Of a stretch of 64,000 nucleotides of DNA, positions 59,924-64,000 are shown piece after piece. The position numbers were made by a program, and so were the translations under genes. The number at the start of each line of letters is the position of its first letter. Position 1 is the first letter of the stretch. The DNA comes from Armatimonadota bacterium (GTDB taxonomy: Bacteria; Armatimonadota; SYMT01): the NCBI GenBank assembly GCA_046292385.1, contig JBKBRF010000021.1, positions 1 to 64,000 on the forward strand. Direction: 5' to 3'. Under the pieces are notes generated by a model, which ran no database searches, was not told where the DNA came from, and saw nothing but the letters and a program-made list of their open reading frames with translations.

Positions 59924-61318
59924 ATGTCACGTCTCAACAGCTCCCGATGGATCGTCGGCGGGTTGTGCGCTGCGCTCACCCTGCTCCTGATCCTCGGTCT
60001 GGCGGATCGCTCCGCCGATGCCCAGATCGGCTCGGAGGCGGAAGCCCTTCGGGCCGGATCGCGGTCCGGCCCGGCACAGCGCTATGAAGCGGCGGCGACA
60101 GAAAACGCAGCCAGTCTCTTGAAGGAGGGCCGCCGCGCGTTCCGATTCGACACCTTCGGCAGCGAAGCGTTCTGGGGAGACACCCTTCAGCTTCACCGGG
60201 CGATTGCGGGAGCGAAGCTCGGGGGAGTCGGTCCCGGTCTGAGTCCCGTCGCGGCGCTGGGAGCGGGCCTCAAGGTCGATGCCGACGCTCTTCCCCCGCG
60301 CCTGCTCCGAAAGCTGGGTGCGGGACGCCTCGATCTGAACGACCCGGCGGTCACCCTGGAGCTGCTCCGGCATGACGCCGTCGTCGGGGTGCGCGGTGTC
60401 TTCGACGGCCGCACCCGCGCGCTCAAGTCGGTCGGAATCAACTGCAGCATGTGCCACTCCACGGTGGACGACAGCATCGCGCCGGGAATCGGCCGACGCC
60501 TGGACGGCTGGGCGAACCGGGACCTAAACGTCGGAGCGATCGCGGCCCTGTCTCCGGACCTTCAGGCGGTCGCCGGTCTGCTGGGGGTGGATGAGCCGAC
60601 CGTTCGCACCGTCCTGAACAGCTGGGGCCCCGGCAAGTTCGATGCCGCGCTCTTCCTGGACGGGAAGGCGTTTCGACCCGATGGGAAGTCCGCCGCCACG
60701 CTGATCCCCCCGGCGTTCGGCCTGGCCGGCGTCAACCTCCACACCTGGACCGGATGGGGATCGGTCTCCCACTGGAACGCCTTCGTGGCTAACCTGGAGA
60801 TGCACGGCGTGGGGAGCTTCTTCGATCCGAGACTGGATGACGCCGATCGCTTCCCCATCGCCGCCCGGAACCGCTTCGGGCACGTCACCATGCCGCCCGA
60901 TCAGGACCGCATCACGGCGAAACTGCCCGCGCTTCAGCTCTATCAGCTCTCGCTCCCGGCGCCGAAAGCGCCGGCCGGAAGCTACGACCGGCAGGCCGCG
61001 GCGCGTGGGCAGCAGGTCTTCCTGGGGGCGGCGCGCTGCGGCAGCTGCCACGTGCCGCCAATCTACACGGAGCCTGGCTGGAACATGCACACGCCCGAGG
61101 AGATCGGGATCGACTCCTTCCAGGCGGAGCGCGCTCCCGACCGCCGCTACCGCACCGCGCCTCTCAAGGGCCTGTGGTCGCACCAGAAGGGAGGCTTCTA
61201 CCACGACGGCCGGTTCCCCACCCTCGGAGCGGTGGTGGATCATTACGACCGCACGTTCCGTCTGCAGCTTACCGGTCCGCAGAAGACGGACCTGGTCGAG
61301 TACCTGAAGTCGCTGTAG
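59924..61318 (+). CDS. secreted di-heme c-type cytochrome (peroxidase-like)
   Basis: CSMCH, CGSCH, YRTAPLKGL, YHDG. Confidence 0.85.
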   Translation: MSRLNSSRWIVGGLCAALTLLLILGLADRSADAQIGSEAEALRAGSRSGPAQRYEAAATENAASLLKEGRRAFRFDTFGSEAFWGDTLQLHRAIAGAKLGGVGPGLSPVAALGAGLKVDADALPPRLLRKLGAGRLDLNDPAVTLELLRHDAVVGVRGVFDGRTRALKSVGINCSMCHSTVDDSIAPGIGRRLDGWANRDLNVGAIAALSPDLQAVAGLLGVDEPTVRTVLNSWGPGKFDAALFLDGKAFRPDGKSAATLIPPAFGLAGVNLHTWTGWGSVSHWNAFVANLEMHGVGSFFDPRLDDADRFPIAARNRFGHVTMPPDQDRITAKLPALQLYQLSLPAPKAPAGSYDRQAAARGQQVFLGAARCGSCHVPPIYTEPGWNMHTPEEIGIDSFQAERAPDRRYRTAPLKGLWSHQKGGFYHDGRFPTLGAVVDHYDRTFRLQLTGPQKTDLVEYLKSL

Positions 61319-61329
61319 CACGAGCTCGG

Positions 61330-61356
61330 GGCGGCGGGAAACGCTTTCCGCCGCCT
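61330..61356. terminator. hairpin between convergent genes
   Basis: GGCGGCGG...CCGCCGCC. Confidence 0.55.
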
Positions 61357-61366
61357 CGGCTTCAGG

Positions 61367-62131
61367 CTACAGCTTCCGCAGGGCGAGGCGGTACTTCCAG
61401 GCGTCCTGGGCGCGGTTGTCGCCGTCGGTAAGCTCCACCAGGTAGGGTCCGTCTTCCGGCAGCTTCACCTCGATGAAGCAGTCGCCGTAGAAGCTGACGG
61501 CGGCGCGCAGCGGAGCCCGGCGCGGATCCCGCAGGCGGAGGACCGGCTCGAACTCGATCGCGGGGTTCAGCCGCTTAGAGAAGAGCTCGATCCGCCACGT
61601 CTCCCCCGCCTTGCCCTGGAACTGGAAGACGTCCGCGCCTTCCTGGTTAAGCGTGCCGAGCACGGTTACGGAGCCCGCCGGCAGTTCCTGGGGCTTGCGG
61701 AGGTCGTGGTTCGGCTCCTGCTCCTGCGTCTCCGGGGCGGGGACGTCGACGGTTACCTCTCCGCGCGCCTCGATCTCCTTCTCGCCGGTCAGCAGGAACG
61801 GGTAGCGGCCCGGCTTGAGGTCGGCGGCCGGCTCGACCTCCACCTCGACCAGCGAGTTGCCGCGGCGCTTCTCGGCGTCGTCCTTCGGCATGAAGGTGCC
61901 GGCGCGGACCGACTTCACGAGGATCCGGGATTCGTCGAAGCGCAGCGCGGAGGCGGGCAGGTCCTGTCCGTAGATCTTCAGCGTGGCCGGCTGGCCGGCG
62001 GTGACGAACGCCGGCTCTACGAAGCGCACTTCCTTGCGCTCCGGCTTCTGCTGCGCTCCCACCGCCGCGGCGAGCAGCAGGGCGCCGGAGAGCGCGGTGC
62101 TGGCGAGGAAGGCTGTGTTCCACTGCTTCAC
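61367..62131 (-). CDS. secreted protein with PPC (pre-peptidase C-terminal)-like domain
   Basis: GTG overlaps the upstream stop; EQEPN, DVFQF, LPEDGPY. Confidence 0.8.
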   Translation of the reverse strand: MKQWNTAFLASTALSGALLLAAAVGAQQKPERKEVRFVEPAFVTAGQPATLKIYGQDLPASALRFDESRILVKSVRAGTFMPKDDAEKRRGNSLVEVEVEPAADLKPGRYPFLLTGEKEIEARGEVTVDVPAPETQEQEPNHDLRKPQELPAGSVTVLGTLNQEGADVFQFQGKAGETWRIELFSKRLNPAIEFEPVLRLRDPRRAPLRAAVSFYGDCFIEVKLPEDGPYLVELTDGDNRAQDAWKYRLALRKL

Positions 62132-63582
62132 TTCGCCGCCTCCGAGGTCGCCGCTACCTGGCTGGCGGCCGGTCCGATCGCCAGCGAGCGCAGCAGCTTG
62201 CCGTCCTCCGCGTTCCAGAAGTAGACCTTGCCGTCCCCCGCGCCGGCCGCCGCGGTCTTGCCGTCCGGCGAGAGGGCGACGGAGTAGACCCAGTCCTGCG
62301 CGTCCTGCAGCTCCCGCTTGTGGTCGCTCACCTCCGCGTTCCAGAGGCGGACGCGCCGGTTGGTGGCTCCCCAGGCAAAGCGGGATCCGTCCGCGCTGAA
62401 GGTGATGGAGCAGACCGGCTCCCCCTCCCCGTGCTCCCGCAGCGGGTTGCGGTTCCCTTCGGACTTCACGGGCCACACGCGGACCCGTTTCTCCGCGCAG
62501 GTGACCAGCACGTCTCCCCTGGGGCTGAACGCCACCCCGGATACCCCCTCGCCGTGTGTCAGGGTGGTCGGCAGCTTGGACGTGCCGGCTTCGTAGAGAC
62601 GGGCGGTGCGGTCCAGGCTGCTGGTGGCGAGCCACTTGCCGTCGGCGCTGTAGGCGACCCCCGTCACCGGGGCGACGTGGTCTTTCAGGATGCGCGTGAC
62701 CTTGCCGGTGCCGAGGTCCCAGAGCCGCGCGGTGCGGTCCTGACCCGCGGTCGCCAGCTCTTCCGTGCCGGGCCGCCAGGCGACCGCGTTGATCGTATCG
62801 GTGTGGTCGCGCAGCACCCGGGGTTTGGCGGCGGGGGTCTTCACGCTCCAGACGCAGACCTCGCCAGAGGTTCCGGGGCTGCCGCCCGCGGCGGCCAGGC
62901 GGGCACTGTCCGAAGACCACGCCAGCGAGAGCACCTGGTCCGCCGCGCCGGTCAGCGTCTCCTTCACCTCGCCGGTCGCCGGATCGAGCAGGCGCACCGC
63001 GCGGTAGCCGCCGACTGCCAGCCGCGTGCCGTCCGGAGAGTAGGCGAGCGCGGTGACGGGGGCCGACTGGATCACCGCAGCGGGGAGAAAGCGCTGGTGA
63101 CCGGTAGGAACGGCGGCGCCGCCGGGACGGCGCTGCATCGGCATCGCGCCGCGCATGATGCCGCCCTTCTCCACGGGGGCGACCATGCTGTCGACCTTCG
63201 CCCCCTCGTCGATCCAGCGGCGGACCAGGGCGATCGTCTCCAGGTCGAGCGGCTTGCCGGGAGGCATCTGGGGCTTCAGCTCGCCGGTAAGGTACTTCAC
63301 CAGCGTGCTCTCCTTGCTCTTGCCGGGGACCACGGCGCGGCCGTGGCGCCCGCCGGCGAAGAGCTTCTCCTGGCTCTCCAGGCTGTAACCGCCCGGCGCC
63401 GCGGAGCCTTTGTGGCAGGAGAGGCACTCCCGGTTGAGCATCGGGAGCACCTGCTTGCTGAAGACCACGGGGGCCGGCGCCGCCGTCCCGGGCCTGGCCA
63501 GCGAGAGGAGAGCAGTCCCTCCGGCGAGTACGGCGGCGAGCGCCCCGGCGGCGCGGAGAGAGACCGAACGATACTTCGTCAT
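62128..63582 (-). CDS. planctomycete-type cytochrome c domain plus WD40 repeat protein
   Basis: CLSCH, MPP, WIDEGA; multiple WD40 repeats. Confidence 0.92.
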   Translation of the reverse strand: MTKYRSVSLRAAGALAAVLAGGTALLSLARPGTAAPAPVVFSKQVLPMLNRECLSCHKGSAAPGGYSLESQEKLFAGGRHGRAVVPGKSKESTLVKYLTGELKPQMPPGKPLDLETIALVRRWIDEGAKVDSMVAPVEKGGIMRGAMPMQRRPGGAAVPTGHQRFLPAAVIQSAPVTALAYSPDGTRLAVGGYRAVRLLDPATGEVKETLTGAADQVLSLAWSSDSARLAAAGGSPGTSGEVCVWSVKTPAAKPRVLRDHTDTINAVAWRPGTEELATAGQDRTARLWDLGTGKVTRILKDHVAPVTGVAYSADGKWLATSSLDRTARLYEAGTSKLPTTLTHGEGVSGVAFSPRGDVLVTCAEKRVRVWPVKSEGNRNPLREHGEGEPVCSITFSADGSRFAWGATNRRVRLWNAEVSDHKRELQDAQDWVYSVALSPDGKTAAAGAGDGKVYFWNAEDGKLLRSLAIGPAASQVAATSEAAK

Positions 63583-64000
63583 CCGTACAGCTCGTGGATC
63601 GGCTCGGCGTCGGTCAGGATCCGCACCGGCCGGCCGGACGGCGTCTGCAGCTCCTTGTGGTAGTCGACTCCCAGGGCGTCGTAGATCGTGGCGGCCACCT
63701 CGTGCGGGCGGACCGGCCGGTCCAGCACGTACTCGCCGCGGTCATCCGTGGTGCCGATCACCTGGCCGCCGCGCACCCCCGCCCCCGCGAAGAGCATCGA
63801 GCCGGCGTGGGCCCAGTGGTCGCGGCCGGCGTCCTTGTTGATCGTGGCGGTGCGGCCGAAGTCGCCGAACATCGCGACCAGCGTCTCGTCCAGCAGGCCG
63901 CGGTCCTTCATGTCGCGGAGCAGCGCCGCCACCGCCTGGTCCCACGGCTTCAGCATCTTGTCGCAGTTCTCGAAGATCTGGGCGTGGTGGTCCCAGGCGC
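63579..64000 (-). CDS. DUF1501 domain protein (3' part)
   Basis: WDHH, GDFGRT, GRDHW, GGQVIG. Confidence 0.92.
   Translation of the reverse strand, partial: AWDHHAQIFENCDKMLKPWDQAVAALLRDMKDRGLLDETLVAMFGDFGRTATINKDAGRDHWAHAGSMLFAGAGVRGGQVIGTTDDRGEYVLDRPVRPHEVAATIYDALGVDYHKELQTPSGRPVRILTDAEPIHELYG

Overview
High-GC bacterial chromosomal window with about 55 CDSs: hydrolases, PQQ dehydrogenases, efflux systems, valS, a vapBC module and the start of a DUF1501/planctomycete-type cytochrome c/WD40 cluster. A T-box-regulated valS together with TolC proteins and DUF1501-type genes suggests a diderm Terrabacteria lineage such as Armatimonadota (inference). No rRNA, tRNA, CRISPR array, transposase or integrase was recognised. 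The most striking unexplained signal is a dispersed ~250-270 bp non-coding element in four divergent copies (about 18.9, 40.4, 40.7 and 51.0 kb). Each copy keeps the same fold, including a long-range helix whose sequence differs between copies while pairing is preserved, and many GNA-triloop mini-hairpins on one strand. This points to a structured ssDNA (or RNA) element family. Other notable items: two RRM genes with matching promoters and leader terminators, a vapBC module between direct repeats of yjbQ sequence, an orphan senB, a Trp/Ala heptad mini-protein and several gene remnants. All calls come from reading the sequence by eye; no searches were run.
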